Origin: an uncultured archaeon
GTDB taxonomy: Archaea; Thermoproteota; EX4484-205; JAAOZP01
Assembly (NCBI GenBank): GCA_938045545.1
Contig: CALIBN010000002.1
Coordinates: forward strand, 8,120-72,119
Direction: 5' to 3'
Length of the DNA stretch: 64,000 bases
Shown: positions 9,272-16,993 of the stretch, one piece after another
How the letters are laid out: each line of letters begins with the position of its first letter
Numbering within the stretch: the stretch's first letter is position 1
Position numbers and translations under genes: made by a program
Notes under the pieces: model-generated
Seen by the model: the letters and a program-made list of their open reading frames with translations, nothing else
What the model was told of the DNA's origin: nothing
Database searches by the model: none

Positions 9272-10270
9272 TCATTTGGACTCAATATAGTAGAGATCCT
9301 GCCTCGGATCCCTTATTAAAGGCCTTTTCTTGACGAAGTTGTTTCCGACAAGTATTGCGAGAGCGTGTCGCACAGTCCTCGCGGGGAGCATCGTCTTCTT
9401 AACAATGTCTTTCTGAGTTAAAGCCCCCTCGTATTCGAGAACCTTCAAAATTAGTTTAGCACTAGGAGGCAGACTGCTTATGTCGAGAGACATCCTAGCC
9501 TTCTTCTCGAGCCTTCTTGCGAGAAGCGCTTCGCTGAGCCTTACGAAGCCAGCGTCTTCACCCTTCTTAACGACGACCCTGTCAGTTATCCTCATTCTAT
9601 ACCCCCCATCCACGATTACTTCGCAAGCCGAATTGCTGACTATGTCTCGGATTTCTATGAGGCTTTCAATAGGAGTTACCAAGGGTCTTCTAGTAAGGTT
9701 TAAAGAGTTAACCGGGACTATGCCTACCACCTTGGCTTTCGGATGTATTATTGGTCCTCCTGTCGAAAGAGCATACGCCGTTGAACCTATGGGCGTGGAA
9801 ACTATCAGGCCGTCGCCTATATCCCTCCAGACGAACTCGCCGTCAACGTAAAGGCTGTATTCAAGTATTGTGGCACTTTTCCTCGGGAAGATTGCCAGCT
9901 CGTTTAGCGCACACGGTGTTTCAGAATCATCCACAACAGCCTTAAGCCTTGAAGAATACTCCACGCTATACTCTCTTCTTAGAAAAGCTCTTAAAGCGTC
10001 GCCGAGCCTCTCCAGCGTTGTCTCCATCAGGAAACTATTATTCTCAGTCTTGCTAACCCCCAGGATGAGCACATCCCTAGATTTCACGTGGTGTAACGCT
10101 TTCAGAACATCCTTATCCTCGCCCAAGACAAGGAGAAGACCCTCGTTAAGCTTCTCAAGCTCTTCGAGACGCTTGACGCGCGTAACCTCCGCCCCGACAC
10201 GATTAACTGTTCTCAAGCACTCCTTAAGGAGACCATGGTCGAACCCCGCTGGAGCTAACACTATGTTCAA
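9272..10270 (-). CDS. nadK: NAD(+) kinase fused to C-terminal winged helix-turn-helix domain; TTG start
   Basis: NELAIF and GDGLIVSTPIGSTAYALSTGGPI NadK motifs; GGDG box atypical (LGEDKD); last ~70 aa (…LILKVLEYEGALTQKDIVKKTMLPARTVRHALAILVGNNFVKKR…) is a MarR/TrmB-like wHTH; minus strand begins TTG AAC ATA GTG (LNIVL) with in-frame stop just upstream. Confidence 0.8.
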   Translation of the reverse strand: MNIVLAPAGFDHGLLKECLRTVNRVGAEVTRVKRLEELEKLNEGLLLVLGEDKDVLKALHHVKSRDVLILGVSKTENNSFLMETTLERLGDALRAFLRREYSVEYSSRLKAVVDDSETPCALNELAIFPRKSATILEYSLYVDGEFVWRDIGDGLIVSTPIGSTAYALSTGGPIIHPKAKVVGIVPVNSLNLTRRPLVTPIESLIEIRDIVSNSACEVIVDGGYRMRITDRVVVKKGEDAGFVRLSEALLARRLEKKARMSLDISSLPPSAKLILKVLEYEGALTQKDIVKKTMLPARTVRHALAILVGNNFVKKRPLIRDPRQDLYYIESK

Positions 10271-10422
10271 CTGGTTTCAGTAGTGTGTTAGAAGGGCTAT
10301 TTATTGCTTTCAGCAGTTTAAAAACGTTGCAACTCTATTTTGCCTCTTAATGAAGCACCTATGCAATTATTGCCTTAATAGAACCCCTTAAATAAGAGGG
10401 TTTTAGGCTTCAAGAGAAGCTG
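10271..10422. promoter_or_regulatory. divergent nadK / nadA promoter region with palindromes GTTGCAAC (10326-10333) and GCAATtATTGC (10363-10373), TATA-like TTAAATA ~30 bp before nadA ATG
   Basis: AT-rich 152-bp spacer between divergently oriented genes; perfect short inverted repeats seen directly. Confidence 0.35.
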
Positions 10423-11358
10423 ATGGAAAACCTTAGCCGTAAAATACGGGAAAAGGCGAGAGACATCGGGGCCATAGTATTAGCCCATAATTATCAGAGG
10501 CCTGAGGTGCAGGATGTTGCTGATTTCGTCGGCGACAGCCTGGAACTTTCGGTCAAAGCCATGGAGACCGACGCGAAAACTATAGTTTTCGCAGGCGTAG
10601 ATTTCATGGTTGAGCAGGCGGCTGTGCTGAACCCTAGTAAGACAGTGTTAACGCCTGAGCCAAGCTCCATCTGCCCGATGGCTTGGCAGCTTGACCCGCC
10701 AGTGGTTGAAGAATATCGTAGGAGAAACCCGGATGCACCACTAGTAGTTTACGTGAATTCATTCGTCGAAGTAAAGTCTATGGCTGACTACGTGGTTACC
10801 AGCAGCAGTGCCTCTAGGCTGGTTTCGAAGCTTGACGCTGGGAAAATCCTTTTCGGACCGGATAGGAATCTAGCGTCCTACGTTGCTGAAACCACTGGGA
10901 AGGAGGTTATCGCTGTTCCACTTAACAGCTACTGCCCGGTTCACATAGGGATCACACCGGATAAAATATTATCTGTTAAGGAAAGGATGCCGGATGCGAA
11001 GGTACTTGTGCATCCGGAGTGCCCGCCTGAAACAAGGAGGCTGGCGGATTTCGTGGGCAGCACTAGCCAAATAATAAGAGCAGTGGGAGAGATTGATGCA
11101 AAGCGTTTTATAATAGGCACTGAGAACGGGGTGATTCACAGAATTTCAAAGCTTTATTCCGGTAAGGAGGCTTATCCTGTCAGTAAAGACACGATATGCC
11201 CCAACATGAAGAAGATAACGCTTGAAAAAGTATACAGGAGCCTCGTTAGCGGCGAGACTCTTGTAAAGATCGATGAGAAGCTTGCTGAAAAGGCTAGGAG
11301 AGTTCTTGAAAGAAGCTTTACTCTTCTGGGGGTTGAGACACCTTGGTCGAGGAAGTAG
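10423..11358 (+). CDS. nadA: quinolinate synthase
   Basis: LAHNYQ, GVDFMVE, three conserved Cys-containing segments (…ICPM…, …YCPVH…, …ECP…) typical of NadA. Confidence 0.9.
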   Translation: MENLSRKIREKARDIGAIVLAHNYQRPEVQDVADFVGDSLELSVKAMETDAKTIVFAGVDFMVEQAAVLNPSKTVLTPEPSSICPMAWQLDPPVVEEYRRRNPDAPLVVYVNSFVEVKSMADYVVTSSSASRLVSKLDAGKILFGPDRNLASYVAETTGKEVIAVPLNSYCPVHIGITPDKILSVKERMPDAKVLVHPECPPETRRLADFVGSTSQIIRAVGEIDAKRFIIGTENGVIHRISKLYSGKEAYPVSKDTICPNMKKITLEKVYRSLVSGETLVKIDEKLAEKARRVLERSFTLLGVETPWSRK

Positions 11359-12197
11359 TTTTCAGAAAATTTATCGAGTGGCTCTCCGAGGATATTCCCT
11401 ATTGGGACGTGACCTCCGAGATAATACCTCCGCAAGTAACGTGCGAGGCGGTTGTAATAGCTAAGGAGGAGGGCGTTGCAGCCTGCTGTGAGGATCTTGC
11501 TATGATACTTGAGAAGATGGGTTTCACGGTTAGGGTTTTAAAGAAGAGCGGTGAGGAATTCGGAAAATGGGATCAAGTAATGTGGATTAAAGGCAATATG
11601 CGTAGGCTCATGGAGATCGAACGACTATTGCTGAACATTCTCTCCCAAGCCTTCGGAGTGGCAACGCTAACCAAGGCCTTTGTCGAGAAGGCTAGAAGAA
11701 TAAACCCGAACCTGAAGATAGCTGCAACTAGGAAGGTTAAACCCGGCTTCCAGTATTTCGAGAAAAAGGCTATTGCAGCCGCGGGCGGGGACACTCATAG
11801 GCTGAACCTGTCAGACATGATTCTCATCAAGGAAAACCATCTAAAGTATTTCAACTCGGTTGGTGAAGCTGTTAAGAAGGCTAGGGAACTGGCGAGCTTC
11901 AGCAAGAAGATAGAGATCGAAGTGGCTGAGGCTGAGGACGCTGTGGAAGCTGCTGAGGCGGGTGCAGACATAATCATGCTTGACAATTGCACCCCTGAAA
12001 AAGTAAGGAGGACGATTGAAATGCTTAGAGAGAAAGGGTTAAGAAGCAGGGTTCTAGTAGAGGTCTCCGGCGGAGTGAAGCTTGAAAATCTTGAAGAATA
12101 TGTGGAAGCCGGCCCGGATATAATAAGCTCAGGAGAGCTAACGCATTCAGCGAAAGCAGTAGACATATCGCTCGAAGTCACGAGGGTTGAGAAATGA
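11343..12197 (+). CDS. nadC: nicotinate-nucleotide pyrophosphorylase (quinolinate phosphoribosyltransferase)
   Basis: Type II PRTase pattern (…IAATRKVKPGFQYFEKKAIAAAGGDTHR…MLDN…); overlaps nadA by 16 bp. Confidence 0.9.
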   Translation: MVEEVVFRKFIEWLSEDIPYWDVTSEIIPPQVTCEAVVIAKEEGVAACCEDLAMILEKMGFTVRVLKKSGEEFGKWDQVMWIKGNMRRLMEIERLLLNILSQAFGVATLTKAFVEKARRINPNLKIAATRKVKPGFQYFEKKAIAAAGGDTHRLNLSDMILIKENHLKYFNSVGEAVKKARELASFSKKIEIEVAEAEDAVEAAEAGADIIMLDNCTPEKVRRTIEMLREKGLRSRVLVEVSGGVKLENLEEYVEAGPDIISSGELTHSAKAVDISLEVTRVEK

Positions 12198-12979
12198 AGA
12201 GGATAGGGTTGATAGGGTGTGGTGCAATAGGCTCCCTCATAGCCACGGCTGTGGACGAGGGCAAGGTTAACGCGAAGCTGGTTTATGTCTACGATTCTCG
12301 TAAGGAGGCTGCATCGAAGCTGGTTGAGAAGCTGAGGAGCAAGCCGAAGGTTCTGGAAGGAATAGAGGAGATGTTGAAAGACAGGAGGCTCGAAGTTATC
12401 GTCGAGGCTGCAAGCGACGAGGCCGTTCTAAAATACCTTAAGCCCATCGTTGAAGCCGGGAAAGAGGTTCTCGTGATGAGCATAGGAGGGCTTCTTTTCC
12501 CTGAGACAAGGAAAATATATGAGGAAAACACTCGCAGAATACATGTTCCGGCTGGAGCAATCGCTGGACTGGATGCTATCCAAGCCATAAGCCTAGTCGG
12601 CGTGGACAGGATGGTTTTAACCACGAGGAAGCCTCCGGAAGCATTAGCCTATTCCAACTATTTCAAGGAGAAGGGGATTGAACTAGATAAAATCAGGGAG
12701 CCCACGCTGGTTTACGAGGGGCCCGTGGAAGACGCTTTAACGCATTTCCCAAAAAGCGTGAACGTGGCGGCAGCGCTAGCCTTATACTCTAAGTCAGGGG
12801 TTCTAGTTAGAATAATAGCAGACCCAACCAGGAAAGAGATAATGCACGAGATAGATGTTGAGTCAAAGGTTTCCAATCTAAGGATACTGGTTGAGAATGT
12901 TCCGCACCCGGATAACCCTAAGACAAGCTATCTGGCTGCATTATCCTGTATTCAGAAGCTTAGAGAGATTTGTGGCTGA
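12194..12979 (+). CDS. nadX: L-aspartate dehydrogenase
   Basis: MKRIGLIGCGAIG Rossmann start and …HVPAGAIAGLDAI… block of NadX family; ATGA overlap with nadC; substitutes for NadB in archaea/Thermotoga. Confidence 0.85.
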   Translation: MKRIGLIGCGAIGSLIATAVDEGKVNAKLVYVYDSRKEAASKLVEKLRSKPKVLEGIEEMLKDRRLEVIVEAASDEAVLKYLKPIVEAGKEVLVMSIGGLLFPETRKIYEENTRRIHVPAGAIAGLDAIQAISLVGVDRMVLTTRKPPEALAYSNYFKEKGIELDKIREPTLVYEGPVEDALTHFPKSVNVAAALALYSKSGVLVRIIADPTRKEIMHEIDVESKVSNLRILVENVPHPDNPKTSYLAALSCIQKLREICG

Positions 12980-13020
12980 GGCTTGAGATAGTGTTTTCTT
13001 AGCCAATCACCTTAGAAAAG

Positions 13021-13028
13021 TTTATAAA
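13021..13028 (+). promoter_or_regulatory. TATA box TTTATAAA for the PIN-ATPase gene
   Basis: Canonical archaeal TATA ~46 bp upstream of ATG 13070; incompatible with the TTG 13034 start of the ORF track. Confidence 0.35.
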
Positions 13029-13069
13029 CCCGTTTGAGAAAGATTCTCGAAAGCCGAGAAGAGATAGTT

Positions 13070-14617
13070 ATGGGTAATAATGCGGTTAAAGTCTATGTTC
13101 TAGACCCTGCTTCAATACTTACCGGAGTGGCTGCTAGAGCAGTTGAAAACGGTGAGGTAACTGGGAGGATAATAGTGCATAAGGCCATTGTCTCGGAATT
13201 CGAGAGAAAAGCCAGATTCGGCGATGAAACAGGGTTAAATGGCTTAAAATCCCTTAAGGACGCAGCTTCGGAGAAAGGGCTGGAGGTCGAGTTTATAGGC
13301 TCTTCCAATACTCCCGAAGAGGTTTCAACAGTTCTCAGAGATCTAGCGATGAACACAAGAGGCACTCTCGTTTCATGCGACCCGGTTTTGACTAAGACTG
13401 CAAGAGCAATGGGGATTGAGGCAATCTACCTAAGCCCGGTTGGAAAGGCTAAGCTTGAAGAGTTCTTTAAACCAGGCATAATGTCTATACATCTCAAGGA
13501 GAACGTTATCCCGAAGGCTAAGGAAGGGATTCCTGGCAGATGGGTTTACAGAGATGTTGGAGAGAAACCAATCAGTAAGTCTGAGCTTGAGTCAATAATA
13601 GCTGACATAATGGAGAGAGTCCAGTTTACAAACCAAGGCTTTGTGGAAATAGACAAGTCTGGCTCGACAATAATACAGCTTAAAGACCTTAGGATAGTCA
13701 TTACTCGACCACCCTTCTCAGACGGGCTTGAAATAACCGCTGTTAAACCACTCATTAAGAGAAGCCTTGAGGAGTATAATTTGGAGGTAAAGCTTATTGA
13801 GAGGCTTAAGACTCAGGCTGAAGGAATACTCATAGCTGGGGCACCTGGAATGGGAAAGTCCACTTTCGCCCAAGCCCTGGCAGAGTTCTACAGGTCGATG
13901 AACAAGGTTGTTAAAACAATAGAAAGTCCGAGAGACCTTCAACTCCCTCCTGACGTGACACAGTATTCTAAGACAGCAGCAGAGCCCAGTGAGCTTCACG
14001 ACGTATTACTGTTAAGCAGACCGGACTACACGATATACGATGAGCTTAGAGATACTAATGACTTCAACATTTTCATAGACCTTAGGCTTGCGGGCATAGG
14101 AATGGTCGGCGTCATACATGCTACAACACCCATGGATGCTATTCAACGCTTCACCGGGAGGACTGACCTTGGGCTCATACCCTCTATCATAGACACAGTC
14201 ATATTTATGAAGGAGGGCGAGGTTTCGAAAATATACACGCTTGAAACAGTTGTGAAGATCCCTAAGGGAATGAGAAACGCGGACCTAGCTAGGCCGACGA
14301 TAGTCGTTAAAAACTTCTTGACGGGGGAGGCGGAGTACGAGCTCTACGTCTTCGGAGAACAAACTTTCATAGTCCCGGTTCGCAAGAAGAAGACAGGATA
14401 TGAAGAGAAGCTTAAGGAGGAAGTGCAGGCGATAGTGCGCAACCAGGTTTCAGACTTCGACGTCAGGATTGAGGGAGACAGTTTGATCCTGTATGTAAAT
14501 AAGGAGGACATCCCCACACTCGTCAAGAAGTACAATAAGAAGCTCAACAGGTTTGCGAAAAGAATAAACATGAACATTGAGATAAGCCCACAGAATAGGC
14601 ATGAAAACAAATACTGA
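13070..14617 (+). CDS. COG1855-type ATPase: N-terminal PIN domain + PilT/PhoH-like P-loop ATPase + C-terminal KH-like domain (ORF track start 13034 is TTG inside promoter; ATG 13070 preferred)
   Basis: VKVYVLDPASIL (PIN), GAPGMGKST Walker A, conserved archaeal architecture. Confidence 0.8.
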   Translation: MGNNAVKVYVLDPASILTGVAARAVENGEVTGRIIVHKAIVSEFERKARFGDETGLNGLKSLKDAASEKGLEVEFIGSSNTPEEVSTVLRDLAMNTRGTLVSCDPVLTKTARAMGIEAIYLSPVGKAKLEEFFKPGIMSIHLKENVIPKAKEGIPGRWVYRDVGEKPISKSELESIIADIMERVQFTNQGFVEIDKSGSTIIQLKDLRIVITRPPFSDGLEITAVKPLIKRSLEEYNLEVKLIERLKTQAEGILIAGAPGMGKSTFAQALAEFYRSMNKVVKTIESPRDLQLPPDVTQYSKTAAEPSELHDVLLLSRPDYTIYDELRDTNDFNIFIDLRLAGIGMVGVIHATTPMDAIQRFTGRTDLGLIPSIIDTVIFMKEGEVSKIYTLETVVKIPKGMRNADLARPTIVVKNFLTGEAEYELYVFGEQTFIVPVRKKKTGYEEKLKEEVQAIVRNQVSDFDVRIEGDSLILYVNKEDIPTLVKKYNKKLNRFAKRINMNIEISPQNRHENKY

Positions 14618-14694
14618 GACTTAGAACCATACTTTCTAGAAAGCGCATGTTAAATTTTCCGCTGAGAAGCGAAACATAAAAAACATGGTTGGTT

Positions 14695-15066
14695 CTAACC
14701 TACTGCTCCACCAATAACCCCACCGATTATTGACATTATCGATCCGAACGCCAGCGATACTATGATTGCTCCGCCAGCAACCAGGCCTCCTAGAAGACCG
14801 AGCAGCCCGCCGAAAACCCCTCCAAGCAGCCCCCCGGCTGCAACGAACCCGATGACTAGAAGTATGGTTGCAATTACTCCGCCAAACACTCCTGCCAGAA
14901 ACCCGGCTAGGGCACCTCTGCCAGGTCCTCCTCCAGCTATTAAGCCGGATATGAAGCCGCCGATCAAAGGTCCGACCACCGGAAAGTACGCACCTAGAAC
15001 AGAGTTTATTATGAACCCCAAGAATGCGCCAAGCCACAGGTTGCCTTCCCTCCTCATCCGCACCAC
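14695..15066 (-). CDS. glycine-rich small integral membrane protein (DUF5518-like)
   Basis: 123 aa of G/A/I/L-rich repeats (GGFISGLIAGGGPG…GGLLGGVFGGLLGLLGG) forming 3-4 predicted TM helices; downstream of surface-protein genes on same strand. Confidence 0.5.
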   Translation of the reverse strand: MVRMRREGNLWLGAFLGFIINSVLGAYFPVVGPLIGGFISGLIAGGGPGRGALAGFLAGVFGGVIATILLVIGFVAAGGLLGGVFGGLLGLLGGLVAGGAIIVSLAFGSIMSIIGGVIGGAVG

Positions 15067-15103
15067 TAAAGATATCCGGCATTAGCCATGATTTAATCGT
15101 TTC

Positions 15104-16993
15104 CTACTTCTCTACGACAGGCTTCTTTCTAGCAAGGTAGAAAGTAGTGAAGCATGAAACTATTAGAGCAACCGTGACAAGAATAAGAACTGTCCTCAAG
15201 TTAAACCCCGATCCTTTTAGCGTTACAGATTCGTTTCGAATAAGATTAACATTCTTGCTTTCAGCAGAAGTGCTGACAATATAGTTTCCAGCAGGAATGT
15301 TTGAAAAAACAATGCGGCCCTCAGCATCTGTTCTCCCGGTAGTTTGAAAAACCGATGATTCGTTTAAAGGCCTACTTGTCACGGGATGCGGAGACGGAGC
15401 TATCTTGACTTCAACGTTTCCCATTGGCTCGCCGAATTCATTGACCACGTGAACGCTTATGGAATAGGTTTCAGTCCTCAATTCAATTATCAAAGGCCTG
15501 CTTGTTATGGGAAGCGGAAACTCCGCACTCTGTTTAAGGGAAATCAGTGAGATACCCTTATTCGTTAGACTGAGATAACCCTTGAATACTTCAGCGCCAT
15601 CACTCTTTACGATGACCTCGTAATCCCCAAGATTCGGGATGATTTTCAATTCACCAGCTCCTGAGCATACAATTTCACTATTATGCTTCAACTCTACTAC
15701 TGCTTCATCCAGTAGTCCGCCTGTGGAGTTAACTGCCCTAAGCTTCACCTCTCCTAAGACGATGACTTTCGTAACATTGCTAGCCCTCAACAATCTTACT
15801 CCACTAGCCTCGAGAATCAGAACATAGACCCCGGGCGACCCTGGCTTATAGCTTACGGTGAAAACCCCGTTTGGAGAAGGATTCAGCCTAAAGGTTTCAA
15901 CCTCCCTCCCACCATTATAAACACGCATAGTTAACTCAGCGGTTTCAGGATGCGTAACACCAATAAGAACCCCGTTGACCCGTACTTCCTCCCCAATCCT
16001 GATCAGAGAGTTCTCAACCCATGCTCGCAACATGCATACGCTTGGCAACACTGTTTGAAACCTCCCGTATGCAACCGAGCCGGTGTAAGTATCGTTCCCA
16101 GCCCACTCTGCCTTTATGAAGATATCTCCGAAAACCCTCGGCTTCCAAACCATTGAGAAAACCCCTATCGTAGCATTCAACTCGGCGAAAAGAATCCATG
16201 AAGCATTGTCTAAGGAATAGTAGAGTAAAACGTTTTGAACACTAGGAGGATAAAGCCTCCCGCTTATACTAATGTTCTCAGCCCCTGCTACCACCACGGT
16301 CGGGCTTAAAGTCAGATTAAGAATCGACCTTGCTTTCACCCGAAGAGAGTACTCGGGTGTTGAAGCAGGCTCATACTCCGAGTCACCCGGAAAAAACGCT
16401 GAAATCCTATAGACGCCTAAAAGCGTAGGCGTAAAATCGAACGAGAAGCTTCCGTTTAAGGCAACCGACAACCGATATTCATTCAGAATATTTTTCGGAT
16501 CCCTAGCCTTCAAGTATAATTGGGAAACACTTGGATTAACCTTCCCAATTATCCTGACACTGGCGTTAACAGCAGCCTCGCTCGGGACACTAAGCTGGAT
16601 ACTAACCGGCTTTCTCGATGGTGGCGGGGAAGGCGGAGGAGGCGGGGGTGGAGGCGCTGCCGAAAGACGTATGTCTATCTGTACCGTACCCTCGCCCGTG
16701 GCAGATGCGCTACCTGAATAACTGTCTTTCGATGCGCTTACGATTATATTCACGGGAACCGAAGAAACAGTTAGAGTAACTGGCCCATATTTGCCGTCGC
16801 TCCCAGTAATTGTTGATTTAGAGTCTCCTCCACCAGAAATTGAAACAGAAGCGCCGACTGCAAGAGTCCCATCAGGCATATAGACATACCCCCACACGTT
16901 TACCGGTACTTGCGCCCTAACGAGACTCGTGGTGATTGAAATTACTCCGCATAGAACGATTATACAGGTTAAGTAGAAAGCCTTCTTCATCAT
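15104..16993 (-). CDS. secreted/anchored surface protein with CarboxypepD_reg-like beta-sandwich domains, poly-Pro linker and C-terminal TM anchor
   Basis: N-terminal signal-like helix, GYVYMPDGTLAVGASVSI…GSDGKYG and GRTDAEGRIVFSNIPAGNYIV carboxypeptidase-regulatory-like motifs, PPPPPPPPSPPPS linker (nt 16604-16657), C-terminal LILVTVALIVSCFTTFYLARKKP anchor. Confidence 0.7.
   Translation of the reverse strand: MMKKAFYLTCIIVLCGVISITTSLVRAQVPVNVWGYVYMPDGTLAVGASVSISGGGDSKSTITGSDGKYGPVTLTVSSVPVNIIVSASKDSYSGSASATGEGTVQIDIRLSAAPPPPPPPPSPPPSRKPVSIQLSVPSEAAVNASVRIIGKVNPSVSQLYLKARDPKNILNEYRLSVALNGSFSFDFTPTLLGVYRISAFFPGDSEYEPASTPEYSLRVKARSILNLTLSPTVVVAGAENISISGRLYPPSVQNVLLYYSLDNASWILFAELNATIGVFSMVWKPRVFGDIFIKAEWAGNDTYTGSVAYGRFQTVLPSVCMLRAWVENSLIRIGEEVRVNGVLIGVTHPETAELTMRVYNGGREVETFRLNPSPNGVFTVSYKPGSPGVYVLILEASGVRLLRASNVTKVIVLGEVKLRAVNSTGGLLDEAVVELKHNSEIVCSGAGELKIIPNLGDYEVIVKSDGAEVFKGYLSLTNKGISLISLKQSAEFPLPITSRPLIIELRTETYSISVHVVNEFGEPMGNVEVKIAPSPHPVTSRPLNESSVFQTTGRTDAEGRIVFSNIPAGNYIVSTSAESKNVNLIRNESVTLKGSGFNLRTVLILVTVALIVSCFTTFYLARKKPVVEK

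Noticed and set aside
11795-12181. Antisense ORFs inside nadC (11573-11794 -, 11795-12181 -) and similar antisense ORFs inside the GH78 gene (43376-43816 -, 43702-43935 -, 43928-44173 -) and others
   Set aside because: They lie fully within well-supported genes on the opposite strand and have a low-complexity Ser/Pro/Ala composition.
14636-15082. 148-aa Arg/Trp/Ser-rich ORF on the minus strand
   Set aside because: Alternative frame of the same G-rich stretch. No hydrophobic pattern or domain. The overlapping 123-aa frame is the plausible one.
14762-15085. 107-aa Pro/Ala-rich ORF on the plus strand
   Set aside because: Exact antisense of the Gly-rich membrane protein gene. GGN codons read backwards give CCN/GCN, so it is a compositional artefact.
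16604-16657. GGN-rich simple repeat considered as a possible CRISPR-like or VNTR element
   Set aside because: It is the coding sequence of a poly-Pro linker with no spacer/repeat periodicity. No CRISPR array was found anywhere in the window.
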